Part shown: in pieces, positions 9,552-18,949 of the stretch | How the letters are laid out: every line of letters starts with the position of its first letter | How positions within the stretch are numbered: position 1 is the stretch's first letter | Origin: an uncultured delta proteobacterium | GTDB taxonomy: Bacteria; Desulfobacterota; Binatia; Binatales; Binataceae | Assembly (NCBI GenBank): GCA_963724765.1 | Contig: CAVRVY010000004.1 | Span: forward strand, 1,344,001 to 1,408,000 | Length of the DNA: 64,000 nt | Reading direction: 5' to 3' | Notes under the pieces: generated by a model | What the model was told of the DNA's origin: nothing | Seen by the model: only the letters and a program-made list of their open reading frames with translations | The model's database searches: none | Translations under genes and position numbers: made by a program

Positions 9552-9682
9552 CCCGGATAAACCTTCGCCTGTGGCCTCTCAGCAAGCGTCGCTAATCACA
9601 TTATGAATAGCGGATTAGACCGCCTTTTCCAACGCAACCGCGATCAAGGCGGTAGGGGCTTTTTGTCGCGGTTCTATCGCGA

Positions 9683-10843
9683 TCAGAGCGACGCGTAGGC
9701 TGCGGCGATGAGCGCCTTGGCGCGCGGGTCGAGCAGGATTCCCCCGCCCATCCGGTTCATCGCGTAACCGAAGCCGATTTTCGCCTCGGGGTCTGCGAAC
9801 CCGAGCGATCCGCCGGCGCCCGGATGGCCAAACGCACGCGCGTTGGGCCCCATCTCCTCGTCTGGCTGCGAGAGCATGAAGCCGGACGAAAAACGCGTCG
9901 AAATCAGCAGCACCTCGTCAGGGCCGCGCGACTCCTCCACGTGACAGGCGGGAATCTCGCGCGCCGCCATCACACGCACGCCGTCGACCTCGCCGCCGCG
10001 CGCGAGCGCGCCGTACAATCGCGACAGCGCGCGCGCATTGGTATGGCCGTTGGCGGCTGGAATCTCGGCACCGCGCCATCCGCGCGAGTTCACCGTCGCC
10101 ATCGAGAGCACGAGCGGGTTCATGAACGTCTTCGCGGTGACGGAGTCGGGATTTTTGGCCATTTCGGCGAACAGGTTGAATTCGCCCGGCGCGGGCGGCG
10201 GCGCGCCGATCATCTCGGCGACGCGGCTGTCCTCGCGCGCCTCCAGCCCGATATGTGCGTCGATCTTGAGCGGCGCCGCGATTTCGTCCTTGAAATAGCT
10301 GCCGGCGCTCTTACCGGTGATCCGGCGGATGACTTCGCCGACCAGGTAGCCGAAAGTGAGCGCATGGTAGCCGTGCCTGGTGCCCGGCTCCCACCACGGC
10401 TCCTCGGCCGCCAGCGCGTCGGTCATCGTTCGCCAGTCGTAAAGGTCCTCGGGCACAAGCGGTTTGCGAATCGCGGGCAGGCCGGCGCGATGGTTCAGCA
10501 GTTGGCGGACGGTGATTCGATCCTTCCCATGGGCGGCGAACTCGGGCCAAGACTTCGCGACCGGCGCGTCGAGGTCGAGCCGGCCTTCACCGGCGAGCCG
10601 ATGGGCGCAAATCGCGGTGAGGCCCTTGGTGGTCGAGTAGACGTTGACGATCGTGTCCCGCGTCCACGGCCGCGTCCGCGCCTTGTCGGCCCATCCGCCC
10701 CATAGATCCACGACGATACGGCCGTCGAGCGCGAGCGCGGCCGACGCGCCGGTCTCGCGGCGGCTGGCGAAGTTGTCGACAAACGCCTCGCGCACGCGCG
10801 CAAACCGCGCGTCACAGGTTCCTTCGATCGTGACGTCCGCCAT
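9683..10843 (-). CDS. Serine hydrolase, beta-lactamase/EstB (family VIII esterase) type
   Basis: SxxK motif YSTTKG, LLNHRAGL, GYHALTFG, FGHPGAGGS; ATG at 10843. Confidence 0.9.
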   Translation of the reverse strand: MADVTIEGTCDARFARVREAFVDNFASRRETGASAALALDGRIVVDLWGGWADKARTRPWTRDTIVNVYSTTKGLTAICAHRLAGEGRLDLDAPVAKSWPEFAAHGKDRITVRQLLNHRAGLPAIRKPLVPEDLYDWRTMTDALAAEEPWWEPGTRHGYHALTFGYLVGEVIRRITGKSAGSYFKDEIAAPLKIDAHIGLEAREDSRVAEMIGAPPPAPGEFNLFAEMAKNPDSVTAKTFMNPLVLSMATVNSRGWRGAEIPAANGHTNARALSRLYGALARGGEVDGVRVMAAREIPACHVEESRGPDEVLLISTRFSSGFMLSQPDEEMGPNARAFGHPGAGGSLGFADPEAKIGFGYAMNRMGGGILLDPRAKALIAAAYASL

Positions 10844-10860
10844 TACTTCCTCTGAATTTT

Positions 10861-11883
10861 TTATGGATCTACCAGGGCGCCGCCGCAGCTCGAGCCCGCG
10901 CCGGCGGTGCATCCAAAGCAATGCGCGCCGGTCGCGATTGGCGCTCCCGCGAGCCCGTCGAGATCGTCGATATCCCACACCGTGAACGCCCCGCGCCTGG
11001 CCGCCGCGCCAATCGGCATTTCGAGCATCTGGTTGAAGTCACAATCGTAAAGCCGCCCGTCCCATCCGACGCTCACCAGACCGCGGCACATCAGGCCCTC
11101 GACCGTCCCCGGATTGAAATGATTGACCAGCAGCCCCATGTAGTCCGCGTACTTGTCCCATTGATGCAACTGGCGGGCGAAGCGCGCGATCGGCATGTTG
11201 GTGATCGTCAGCAGGCGATCGAAGCGGACGCCGTGTGCTCCGAGTTCGCGCCGATAGTCCGCTTCGAGCGCGGCCTGCGGCGGCGGCAGCGCGGGACCAA
11301 CGGGATTGTAGACCAGGCTGAGCTCGAGGGGACCTGCGCCGTAGCCAAGAGCGTTGAGCTTTTGCAGCGCCGCGATGCTTTTCTCGAAGACGCCGCGCCC
11401 GCGCTGGCGCTCGACATTCGCAGCGCTGTAGCACGGCAGCGAGCAGACCAGCACCACGCGATTGTCACGGTAGAATTCGCCGAGCCGTTCCATCCCGGGC
11501 TCGAACATCACCGTCAGGTTGCATCGGACCATCACCTCGCGCCCAGCGCGACGCCCGCCCTCGACCAGCATCCGGAAATTCCCGTTGAGCTCGGGTGCGC
11601 CGCCGGTCAGGTCGACCGTGCGTATCGCGGGGCTGTGTGCGAGCACTTCGAGCAGGCGGTCGGCCGTCGCACGCTCCATCCGCTCAGTGCGCGCGGGACC
11701 GGCGTCAACGTGGCAGTGATGGCACGCCTGGTTGCAGAGCTTGCCGAGGTTGACTTGCAGGGTAGTGGCTTTCGCGCGCGTCAAAGCGTCCAACCCATGC
11801 CGATTCAGCATCTGGTCGAAGTTCGCAGCGGACGCCGGCACAAGCTCGCGCGCCGCCTGTGCATCAGCCTCCATCGCGCGCAT
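10861..11883 (-). CDS. arsS: Radical SAM/Cys-rich protein of the ArsS (DUF3641) family
   Basis: LQVNLGKLCNQACHHCHVDAGP, DLTGGAPELN, LYDCDFNQML, HCFGCTAGAGSSCGGAL. Confidence 0.85.
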   Translation of the reverse strand: MRAMEADAQAARELVPASAANFDQMLNRHGLDALTRAKATTLQVNLGKLCNQACHHCHVDAGPARTERMERATADRLLEVLAHSPAIRTVDLTGGAPELNGNFRMLVEGGRRAGREVMVRCNLTVMFEPGMERLGEFYRDNRVVLVCSLPCYSAANVERQRGRGVFEKSIAALQKLNALGYGAGPLELSLVYNPVGPALPPPQAALEADYRRELGAHGVRFDRLLTITNMPIARFARQLHQWDKYADYMGLLVNHFNPGTVEGLMCRGLVSVGWDGRLYDCDFNQMLEMPIGAAARRGAFTVWDIDDLDGLAGAPIATGAHCFGCTAGAGSSCGGALVDP

Positions 11884-12009
11884 GCCTCTCAGTCATTTGA
11901 TTCGACTCTCCGCTCAAATATCAGGTCTCCGCAGCGCCATTATATGTTATTGGTATCGCAAGTTGAGCGCTCTTCATAACCCCACGCGCGATCCGAGGCG
12001 CCGGCAGTC

Positions 12010-13032
12010 ATGAGCCGCGAACGGCCCCCTGCCGTTTCGTCCCTTCGCGGACCCTACCGGCTCGCCGGAGAGCTGATCGCGCTCGTGTACATCGCAATCA
12101 TCGCCGAGATCGCCTGCGCAACCGGCGCTGTTTATGTTCTGTTCCCGGAGCTTGGTGCGCTCTCGCACGACGTGATGACGCGTCCGCGTGGGACCTGGGC
12201 CAACGCGCCGCTGCTACTCGCGATCACGCCCGCGCTGACCGGCGTGGTCGGGATCGTCTTTACGCGAAGTCTCCCGTACGGGTACCTCTCGGTCCTGCTC
12301 ACCGTCGCCGGCGCGATCGCGATCATCTTCGCCCTGCGCTCGCCTATCGCGCCTGCGATTTCCGCGGGCCTGCTCCCGCTGGTGCTGGGGGTGAAGAGTT
12401 GGTGGTACCCGCCCGCGATTCTGCTCGGGACGACATTGCTCCCGACGCTCTCAGTGCCGTGGAAGAAATATTGCGCTGCGCGCTTGGTGGCGGCGGCGCC
12501 CGCAGAGAGCGACGAAGCGCGCGACGATCTTCTCGACGACCTTATCGAGGAGACGCCGAGCGGCTACGGATGGCTGGTGGTGCTGATGGCGTTCGTCGCG
12601 GTGGCGGTCTTTTTCGTAAAGCTGACCGGGCTTCGCTTTGTGCTGTTCCCGCCGCTGGTGGTAATCGGATTCGAGATGCTCGGGCACACGGCGATATGCC
12701 CGTGGGCGGACAAGCCGCTGCGGCTGCCGCTCGCGTGCTTCCTTACGGCGCTCGGCGGATTCGTTTCGTGGCACTTTCTCGGGGTGACGCCGCTTGCCGC
12801 GGCCTGCAGCATGGCTTGGGGAATCGCGGTGCTGCGCGGGTGCGACCTTCACGTGCCGCCGGCGCTGGCCGTCGCCTTGCTGCCGCTGGTGATGGACAAG
12901 CCGACGCTCGCCTATCCGTTCGCGGTCGGAATCGGCACCACGCTGCTGTCGCTCTGGTTCCTCGCTTACCAGCGGCTTTCGCGCGGAGCGCTCAGTATCC
13001 CTTGGGCATCCCGAGCAGCCGCTCGGCAATGA
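12010..13032 (+). CDS. HPP-family-like polytopic membrane protein with internal duplication
   Basis: Two hydrophobic halves (LFPELGAL...PAISAGLLP and LFPPLVV...HVPPALAVALLP) separated by an acidic linker. Confidence 0.65.
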   Translation: MSRERPPAVSSLRGPYRLAGELIALVYIAIIAEIACATGAVYVLFPELGALSHDVMTRPRGTWANAPLLLAITPALTGVVGIVFTRSLPYGYLSVLLTVAGAIAIIFALRSPIAPAISAGLLPLVLGVKSWWYPPAILLGTTLLPTLSVPWKKYCAARLVAAAPAESDEARDDLLDDLIEETPSGYGWLVVLMAFVAVAVFFVKLTGLRFVLFPPLVVIGFEMLGHTAICPWADKPLRLPLACFLTALGGFVSWHFLGVTPLAAACSMAWGIAVLRGCDLHVPPALAVALLPLVMDKPTLAYPFAVGIGTTLLSLWFLAYQRLSRGALSIPWASRAAARQ

Positions 13033-14185
13033 TGCTGCGCTGAATCTCCGAGGTGCCCTCCTCGATCGTGTTACCGCGCGCGCGCAGCGTCCCATACTGC
13101 CATCGCCCGCCCTCGACCACGTGCGGCGATCCTTCCTCGAGCACCGCGCGCGGACCCTGCACGGCGAGCGCGAACTCGTTCATCCGCTGATTGAGTTCGC
13201 TCCACAGCAGCTTGGAAATCGAGCCCTCGGGGCCCGGCGTGCCACCGCGCAAAAGGCGCGAGAAGTTGCGGTACGCAAGGTACTTCATCGATTCGACGTC
13301 AATGTAAAACTGCGCCAGCGCCTGGCGGATGACGCGCGGGCTAAGCGGTGTCGTGCCCGCTTCGAGCGCGCCGAGCGCGAGGCGCTTTAGGTCCTCGAAA
13401 GTGTTCCCGAAGCGCGCGACGATCGAGAGCGACAGCGTCGCCCGCTCGTTCATCAACGTGGTCAGCGCGACACCCCATCCGCCGCCCTGCGGCCCGAGCA
13501 GGTTTTTGCGCGGCACGCGCACGTCGTCGAAGAAAAGCTCGTTGAATTCCTCCTCGCCGGTCATCTGGCGCAGCGGCCGCACCGTAACCCCGGGGCTGTG
13601 CATGTCGACCAGCAGGTAGCTAAGTCCGCGATGCTTGGGCTTGTCGGGCTCGGTGCGCACCAGCAGCATGCACCAGTCGGCGATTTGGCCATGCGAGGTC
13701 CAGACCTTCGCGCCGTTGACGACGAACTCGTCGCCCGCAAGCTCTGCGCGGCTCTTCAGCGCGGCCAGGTCCGAGCCCGAACCGGGTTCGGAGAATCCCT
13801 GGCACCAGATTTCCTCGCACGAGAGAATTTTCGGCACAAAGCGGCGCTGCTGCTCGTCGGTGCCGTGCTCCAGGATCGTCGGCCCCGCCATCGAGAGCCC
13901 GATCAGGTTGAGCGCCGACGGCGCGCGCACCCGCGCCATCTCTTCGCTCAAGATCGCGCTGTAAACGATGGTCTTGCCCTGGCCGCCGTACTCGACCGGC
14001 CACGAGAGGCCCAGGAAGCCCGCCTCGAAGAGCCGGCGCTGCCAATCCCGCAGCGTCTGGATCGACGCGGGGTCGGTCGGCAGCGAGAAGCCGCGGTCGG
14101 GGATGTCGCGCGGCGCGTTGGCCTCGAGCCATTGACGCGCACCGAGGCGAAAGGCTTCCTCGTCGGGAGTGTAGCTGAAGTCCAT
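12992..14185 (-). CDS. Acyl-CoA dehydrogenase family protein
   Basis: MDFSYTPDEE, WCQGFSEPGSGSDLA, NGAKVWTS, FNELFFDDVRVP, TIEEGTSEIQR. Confidence 0.93.
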   Translation of the reverse strand: MDFSYTPDEEAFRLGARQWLEANAPRDIPDRGFSLPTDPASIQTLRDWQRRLFEAGFLGLSWPVEYGGQGKTIVYSAILSEEMARVRAPSALNLIGLSMAGPTILEHGTDEQQRRFVPKILSCEEIWCQGFSEPGSGSDLAALKSRAELAGDEFVVNGAKVWTSHGQIADWCMLLVRTEPDKPKHRGLSYLLVDMHSPGVTVRPLRQMTGEEEFNELFFDDVRVPRKNLLGPQGGGWGVALTTLMNERATLSLSIVARFGNTFEDLKRLALGALEAGTTPLSPRVIRQALAQFYIDVESMKYLAYRNFSRLLRGGTPGPEGSISKLLWSELNQRMNEFALAVQGPRAVLEEGSPHVVEGGRWQYGTLRARGNTIEEGTSEIQRSIIAERLLGMPKGY

Positions 14186-14373
14186 TTTTTGCTTCCGTTC
14201 TTTTGCGCGTCTCTTCGGCTCTCTAGTGTCTACCGCAAAAACGTTGGAATTGTCATGCGGCACACGCGCTCTCTCAGCTTTGTTTGGGGCGGGCTGCGAA
14301 ACGGGCTAAACTTTGTTCGCACGTCATTTCATTCGATTCAAACGTCCGGGCGAGGAAGCCGGAGGTATCATCG

Positions 14374-14769
14374 ATGAGCGCAACAGGCACAATTTCTCGC
14401 GGCGGATGCCATTGCGGACGGGTCGCTTTCGAAGTCGAGGGCCGTCCCGAGCGTGTCAGCGAATGCAACTGCTCGATCTGCACGAAGAAGGGATATCTCC
14501 ATTGGATCGTGCCGCGGGAGAGCTTCCAGCTGCTGACGCCGGCGGAAAATGTCTCGACCTACACCTTCAACACCGGCGTCGCGAAGCATCATTTCTGTCC
14601 CAACTGCGGCGTCGCGGCGTTTTATATTCCGCGCTCCGACCCGGACAAGGTCGACGTCAATGCGCGATGCCTTGACGGAATCGAACTCGCCGGGCTCAAG
14701 GTCGAGCGTTTCGACGGACGGAACTGGGAATCGGCGATCGCGGGCCACCGCGCGGCCCCCAAGGACTAG
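14374..14769 (+). CDS. GFA family protein (Zn-binding, Gfa/CENP-V)
   Basis: GGCHCG, CNCSICTKKG, HHFCPNCG, VNARCLD. Confidence 0.92.
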   Translation: MSATGTISRGGCHCGRVAFEVEGRPERVSECNCSICTKKGYLHWIVPRESFQLLTPAENVSTYTFNTGVAKHHFCPNCGVAAFYIPRSDPDKVDVNARCLDGIELAGLKVERFDGRNWESAIAGHRAAPKD

Positions 14770-15390
14770 ATGGCAGGGCTGGGCTTTACGCCGACCGACT
14801 TCGCGGTCTTCAAGGTCGAGGGCTTCAGCGCGCGCATGCAGGAGATATATGCGCGCGTGCGGCCCAAGCTGGTGAGGCTCGGCGACGAATTGGCGCCGGA
14901 GCTGGCGCGCAAGCTCCGTCTGGAGTTCTTCCCTCACGTCGCGAGACACGCGCGCCGCACCGTCAATCCGCCGCCTGAAACGTGGGCCGCCTTCGGGCCG
15001 TCGCCCCGGGGCTACAAACGCTACGGCTACCTGGCGCTATGCATCTCGGGCGCCGGATTGCACGCGCGCATGGTGGTCAAATCGGAGGCCGACCGGCGGC
15101 CTGACATGGCGCGCGGGCTTGTGAGCAATGCCGCCCAGCTCGCAAGGTCGCTGCGCGGAACGGGAGTCGCACGGTACGAAAAATGGGATTTCAAAGCGCT
15201 GCCCGCGGAGATGCCGGCCGACGACGAGCTTTTCACGGCGCTCGCCGAGGGGCTCGGCAAAAAGACCGGCGGGATAGACCTCGGATTCGGATGGAGCGTG
15301 CGTGACGCGCTGCGCCTGGATCGTGCGGAGCTGCTCGACGCCTACCGCGAACTCGAGCCCATGTACCGAATCCTCAGGGCCGTCGCATAG
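14770..15390 (+). CDS. DUF1054/YktB family protein
   Basis: FTPTDFAVF, HVARHARRTVNPPPETWAAF, RGYK. Confidence 0.8.
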   Translation: MAGLGFTPTDFAVFKVEGFSARMQEIYARVRPKLVRLGDELAPELARKLRLEFFPHVARHARRTVNPPPETWAAFGPSPRGYKRYGYLALCISGAGLHARMVVKSEADRRPDMARGLVSNAAQLARSLRGTGVARYEKWDFKALPAEMPADDELFTALAEGLGKKTGGIDLGFGWSVRDALRLDRAELLDAYRELEPMYRILRAVA

Positions 15391-15454
15391 CGCTCACGTG
15401 TCGGACGCCGAGGCCACTCCAGCGCCGTCGCGGCGCGCAGCAAGGCATAAGAAG

Positions 15455-16462
15455 ATGAGCACGATAGCGGTTCTGGGAGCGGGCGCGTGGGGCACGGCAC
15501 TCGCCGCCGCGCTTGCCCGCGGCGGGGGTCATCGCGTAACCCTATGCGCGCGGCGCGCCGATCACGTGGCGGCGATGCGCGAGCGGCGCGAAAACGAGTC
15601 CTACCTGCCCGGCGTCGCACTGCCGGAGACGATCGAACTGAGCGGTCGATGGGCCGAGGCGGCGGGCGCGAGCGAGATCGTGGTGATGGCGGTGCCGTCG
15701 CGTTTCGCGCGGGCGGCGATGTCGCCGGTCGGCCCGGCGCTCGGCGCGGACGCGACGCTTATCAGCGTGACTAAAGGTGTCGAGGGTGACTCGCTCAAGA
15801 CGATGACCGCGATGCTGGCCGAGGTTGCGCCGCGGGTGAAGAGGCTGGCGGTGCTGTCGGGGCCGTCGTTCGCCGCGGAAGTGGCGCGCGGCAGGCCGGC
15901 CGCGATCGTCGCGGCGGCGCGCGACGAGGCAGTCTCGCGCGGCGTGCAGGATCTGTTCGCCTCACACACGCTGCGCGTCTACCGAAGCGCCGACGTCGAC
16001 GGGGTCGAGTTGGCGGGCGCGGCCAAGAACGTGATCGCGATCGCCGCCGGCATCAGCGACGGCCTCGGCCTCGGCTCGAGCGCGCGGGCGGCGCTCATTA
16101 CTCGTGGCCTGGCCGAACTGACCCGCCTGGGCCTGCGCGCCGGTGCGCGCGCCGAGACCATCTATGGGCTCGCGGGGTTGGGCGACCTCGTCCTGACCTG
16201 CACCGGCGACCTTTCGCGCAACCGCGCGCTGGGACTTAAAATTGGCCAGGGCGAGAGCATCGCCGGCATCGCAGCGGGCACACCACCGGGCCATCCGGTG
16301 GCCGAAGGCATCTCCAACGCGCGCTCGATAAGCAAGCTGGCCGAGCAGATTGGCGTGGAGATGCCGATCGTCACAGCGGTCTGCCGGGTGCTCTATGAAG
16401 GCGCGCCCGCAAACGCTATGGTCGATGAGCTGCTGAGCCGCGAACTGAAGGCCGAATTCTGA
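15455..16462 (+). CDS. gpsA: NAD(P)H-dependent glycerol-3-phosphate dehydrogenase
   Basis: GAGAWGTALA, YLPGVALP, LSGPSFA, KNVIAIAAG, GLGDLVLTCTGDLSRN. Confidence 0.96.
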   Translation: MSTIAVLGAGAWGTALAAALARGGGHRVTLCARRADHVAAMRERRENESYLPGVALPETIELSGRWAEAAGASEIVVMAVPSRFARAAMSPVGPALGADATLISVTKGVEGDSLKTMTAMLAEVAPRVKRLAVLSGPSFAAEVARGRPAAIVAAARDEAVSRGVQDLFASHTLRVYRSADVDGVELAGAAKNVIAIAAGISDGLGLGSSARAALITRGLAELTRLGLRAGARAETIYGLAGLGDLVLTCTGDLSRNRALGLKIGQGESIAGIAAGTPPGHPVAEGISNARSISKLAEQIGVEMPIVTAVCRVLYEGAPANAMVDELLSRELKAEF

Positions 16463-16519
16463 CCCCGGCCGAACCCCCTGAGCGGTAATCGTAAAAACGC
16501 ATTTGAGAGAAGAGAGTTA

Positions 16520-16786
16520 ATGGCGAACAAGGGAACCTGCAAGGCCACAGATTGCAACCGCGAGGCGGTCGCGAGGCATTACTGCCGTATGCATTACCGG
16601 CTGTGGCGCCACGGCGAGATGCCCAAGCCGCGCTACAGAACCTGCACTTTCGAGAAATGCCGCAAAAAACGGGTTCGCGGCAGCCTGTGCGAGGAACACT
16701 GGACCGCAAAGCACGGCAAGGCGGCCGCGGCGGCCGTTCCGGCTGCGCCCGCCGCTCCGGCTGCGCCCGCGGCCGAAAGCGCGTAG
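16520..16786 (+). CDS. Small basic protein with two C-x4-C-x9-C-x2-H motifs and an Ala/Pro tail
   Basis: CKATDC...YCRMH and CTFEKC...LCEEH; purine-rich sequence upstream of ATG; fills the gpsA-dapB gap. Confidence 0.75.
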   Translation: MANKGTCKATDCNREAVARHYCRMHYRLWRHGEMPKPRYRTCTFEKCRKKRVRGSLCEEHWTAKHGKAAAAAVPAAPAAPAAPAAESA

Positions 16787-16898
16787 CGAACCCCGGACTG
16801 GAGACTCGGATTCGCGCCGGGTCAATCTGGGCCGGGTCAGTCCGCGCTGCATCTGGCGGCTCGCGCCACGCTGGCGCCCCCGGATACGGAGAGGCACG

Positions 16899-17696
16899 AT
16901 GGCCAACCTGATTGTTGCTGGCGCAGCGGGCCGGATGGGCCGCCTGCTCACCTCGCTCATCGCACAGGATCGAACGCATCGCCTGGCCGGCGCGCTCGAG
17001 GCGCACGAGGCCCCGGCAGTCGGCAGCGACGCGGGCACGCTCGCCGGTGTGGGTCCGCTCGGCGTACCGATCACCGCGGATTACGCGGCGATTGCCAAGC
17101 CCGACACGATCACCCTCGATTTCACCATCGCGAGCGCCGCGCTCGAGCATCTTGAAGTAGCCGCCAGGACCGGCGCCGCGATCGTGCTGGGCACCACCGG
17201 CCTCACGCCCGAGATGGAAGCGCGGGCCCGCGAAATCGCGCCGCGCACGCGAACCGTTATCGCGCCCAACATGAGCGTCGGGGTCAACGTGCTGATGAAA
17301 ATTGTCGCCGAGGTTGCCAAAATTCTGCCCGACTTCGACGCCGAGGTGATCGAGATACATCATCGGACCAAGGTCGACGCGCCGAGCGGGACCGCGGTCG
17401 CACTGGGACGTATCATCGCGGCAGCGCGCGGTCAGGACTTCGCCGCCAACGCGATTTATGGACGCGAGGGGATAACCGGCGCGCGGCCGGCCGGGAAAAT
17501 CGCGGTGATGGCGCTGCGGGCGGGCGACGCGGTCGGCGACCACACCGTCATATTCGGCGGCCAGGGCGAGCGGCTGGAGCTTATCCATCGCTCCCAGAGC
17601 CGCGATTCGCTGGCGCGCGGGGCGCTGCGCGCGGCGGCATGGCTGGAGAAGCAGCCGCCGGGCCTGTATTCGATGCGCGACGTGCTGGGTCTGTAG
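16899..17696 (+). CDS. dapB: 4-hydroxy-tetrahydrodipicolinate reductase
   Basis: GAAGRMG, GTTG, APNMSVGVN, EIHHRTKVDAPSGTA, RAGDAVGDH. Confidence 0.96.
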   Translation: MANLIVAGAAGRMGRLLTSLIAQDRTHRLAGALEAHEAPAVGSDAGTLAGVGPLGVPITADYAAIAKPDTITLDFTIASAALEHLEVAARTGAAIVLGTTGLTPEMEARAREIAPRTRTVIAPNMSVGVNVLMKIVAEVAKILPDFDAEVIEIHHRTKVDAPSGTAVALGRIIAAARGQDFAANAIYGREGITGARPAGKIAVMALRAGDAVGDHTVIFGGQGERLELIHRSQSRDSLARGALRAAAWLEKQPPGLYSMRDVLGL

Positions 17697-17764
17697 GTCG
17701 TACCTTTAGGTCGGTCGATGCGGGCGGGGCGGGCGCATCTCGCGTGTGCCCGCCCCGGAGTTTT

Positions 17765-18721
17765 CTAGTTACGCCGCAGTTGCAGAACTTCCCAACGGTC
17801 GCGGAACCGCGCGAGCCATCCGCGATGCCGGGTTTCGAAATAGCTCAGCATCGCGACTATCGCCAGTACGTTGCCAACGAGGATCTTCCAGAATCCCAGT
17901 GCGGTAAGCGCCGCCTGATCGAAGAGCGCCAGCGCTCCGACGAAAAAGATCTCGAAGATCGCGAGCAGGAAAATCGCGGCGAGCGCGAAAACCGGCTCAT
18001 AGTCGGCCGCGAGCAAGAGCACCGCGGTCGCAATCCCGAACATCACAAAGATGAAGAAGTGCAGCGCCGTATAGCCCAGCACCAGGGGCAGCGTGACCCG
18101 CACCTGTCGCGGGTCGAAGATGCCCTGGAAGATCGCGGCGCCCATGAGCGCCGGCGTACGAAAGATCTCGCCCGCCGCGACATCGCAGACCAGGAACCAT
18201 ACCGCAACCACCACCGCGCCGATTATGCCCGCCAGCGCGCCCTCGCGGGCTACGCCCGTCCACGGGCCTTCCATACGACGCGCCAGCGTGGGATGGCGTT
18301 CGAGAAAAAACGCCAACATCGCCGACGTCGCCATCAGATCGCCGATCAGGAACTTCCACCACGGCAGCGACACGTGGGCGGACGGCCCGATCAGCATCAG
18401 GATCATGATGCAGAAGATCTCGAAGACCGGGACCAGCAGCATCATGGTCGGGAAGAGCGTCTCGTCGTACTCGGCAGTCTCGAGAATCACCGCGGCGACG
18501 ACTCCGATAAGTGCAAAGACGCAAAAATGGAAGATCAGCCGGCCGAGCATCAGCGCCGCGCCCGCCCGCGCGCCGCCGAACAGCGTCGCGGCCAGCGATC
18601 CAAGGGAACCGAGCGGCTGGCCCCTGGCAGCGTCGAAGATCAGGTACCACAACGCGATCACGAACGCGCCAATTATGCCCGCCACAGCGCCATCAACGAC
18701 CATGCGTACTCTCTGGTTCAT
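17765..18721 (-). CDS. Uncharacterised internally duplicated integral membrane protein
   Basis: Two homologous halves (DGAVAGIIGAFVIALWYLIFD and EGALAGIIGAVVVAVWFLVCD); RBS aaggagga before ATG 18721. Confidence 0.75.
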   Translation of the reverse strand: MNQRVRMVVDGAVAGIIGAFVIALWYLIFDAARGQPLGSLGSLAATLFGGARAGAALMLGRLIFHFCVFALIGVVAAVILETAEYDETLFPTMMLLVPVFEIFCIMILMLIGPSAHVSLPWWKFLIGDLMATSAMLAFFLERHPTLARRMEGPWTGVAREGALAGIIGAVVVAVWFLVCDVAAGEIFRTPALMGAAIFQGIFDPRQVRVTLPLVLGYTALHFFIFVMFGIATAVLLLAADYEPVFALAAIFLLAIFEIFFVGALALFDQAALTALGFWKILVGNVLAIVAMLSYFETRHRGWLARFRDRWEVLQLRRN

Positions 18722-18949
18722 CGGATCCTCCTTTCCGAAGGGCGCCGAGAGCCAAGAGTGCCGCAAGGGGAAAACCATGCCGTCCGGAGCAAGCCGGCGG
18801 TGTCGCAAGCGGATGATGTAACTCTTGGGGGCCCAGGTCGGCGCCCTTAATTCCACCAATATGCCTTGCGCCAGAGTGAGGGAAGCGGGCCGGAAAAGAG
18901 CTTGGCCGTTTATGACGTAGCTATTTGCTACGTGAAAGCTTACTGAGTT

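Noticed and set aside
10861-10930. Selenocysteine in the ArsS C-terminal motif
   Set aside because: The motif is encoded with Cys codons and the ORF ends at TAA.
16787-16898. Lysine riboswitch upstream of dapB
   Set aside because: Too short and no L-box consensus; contains only a 15-bp tandem duplication.
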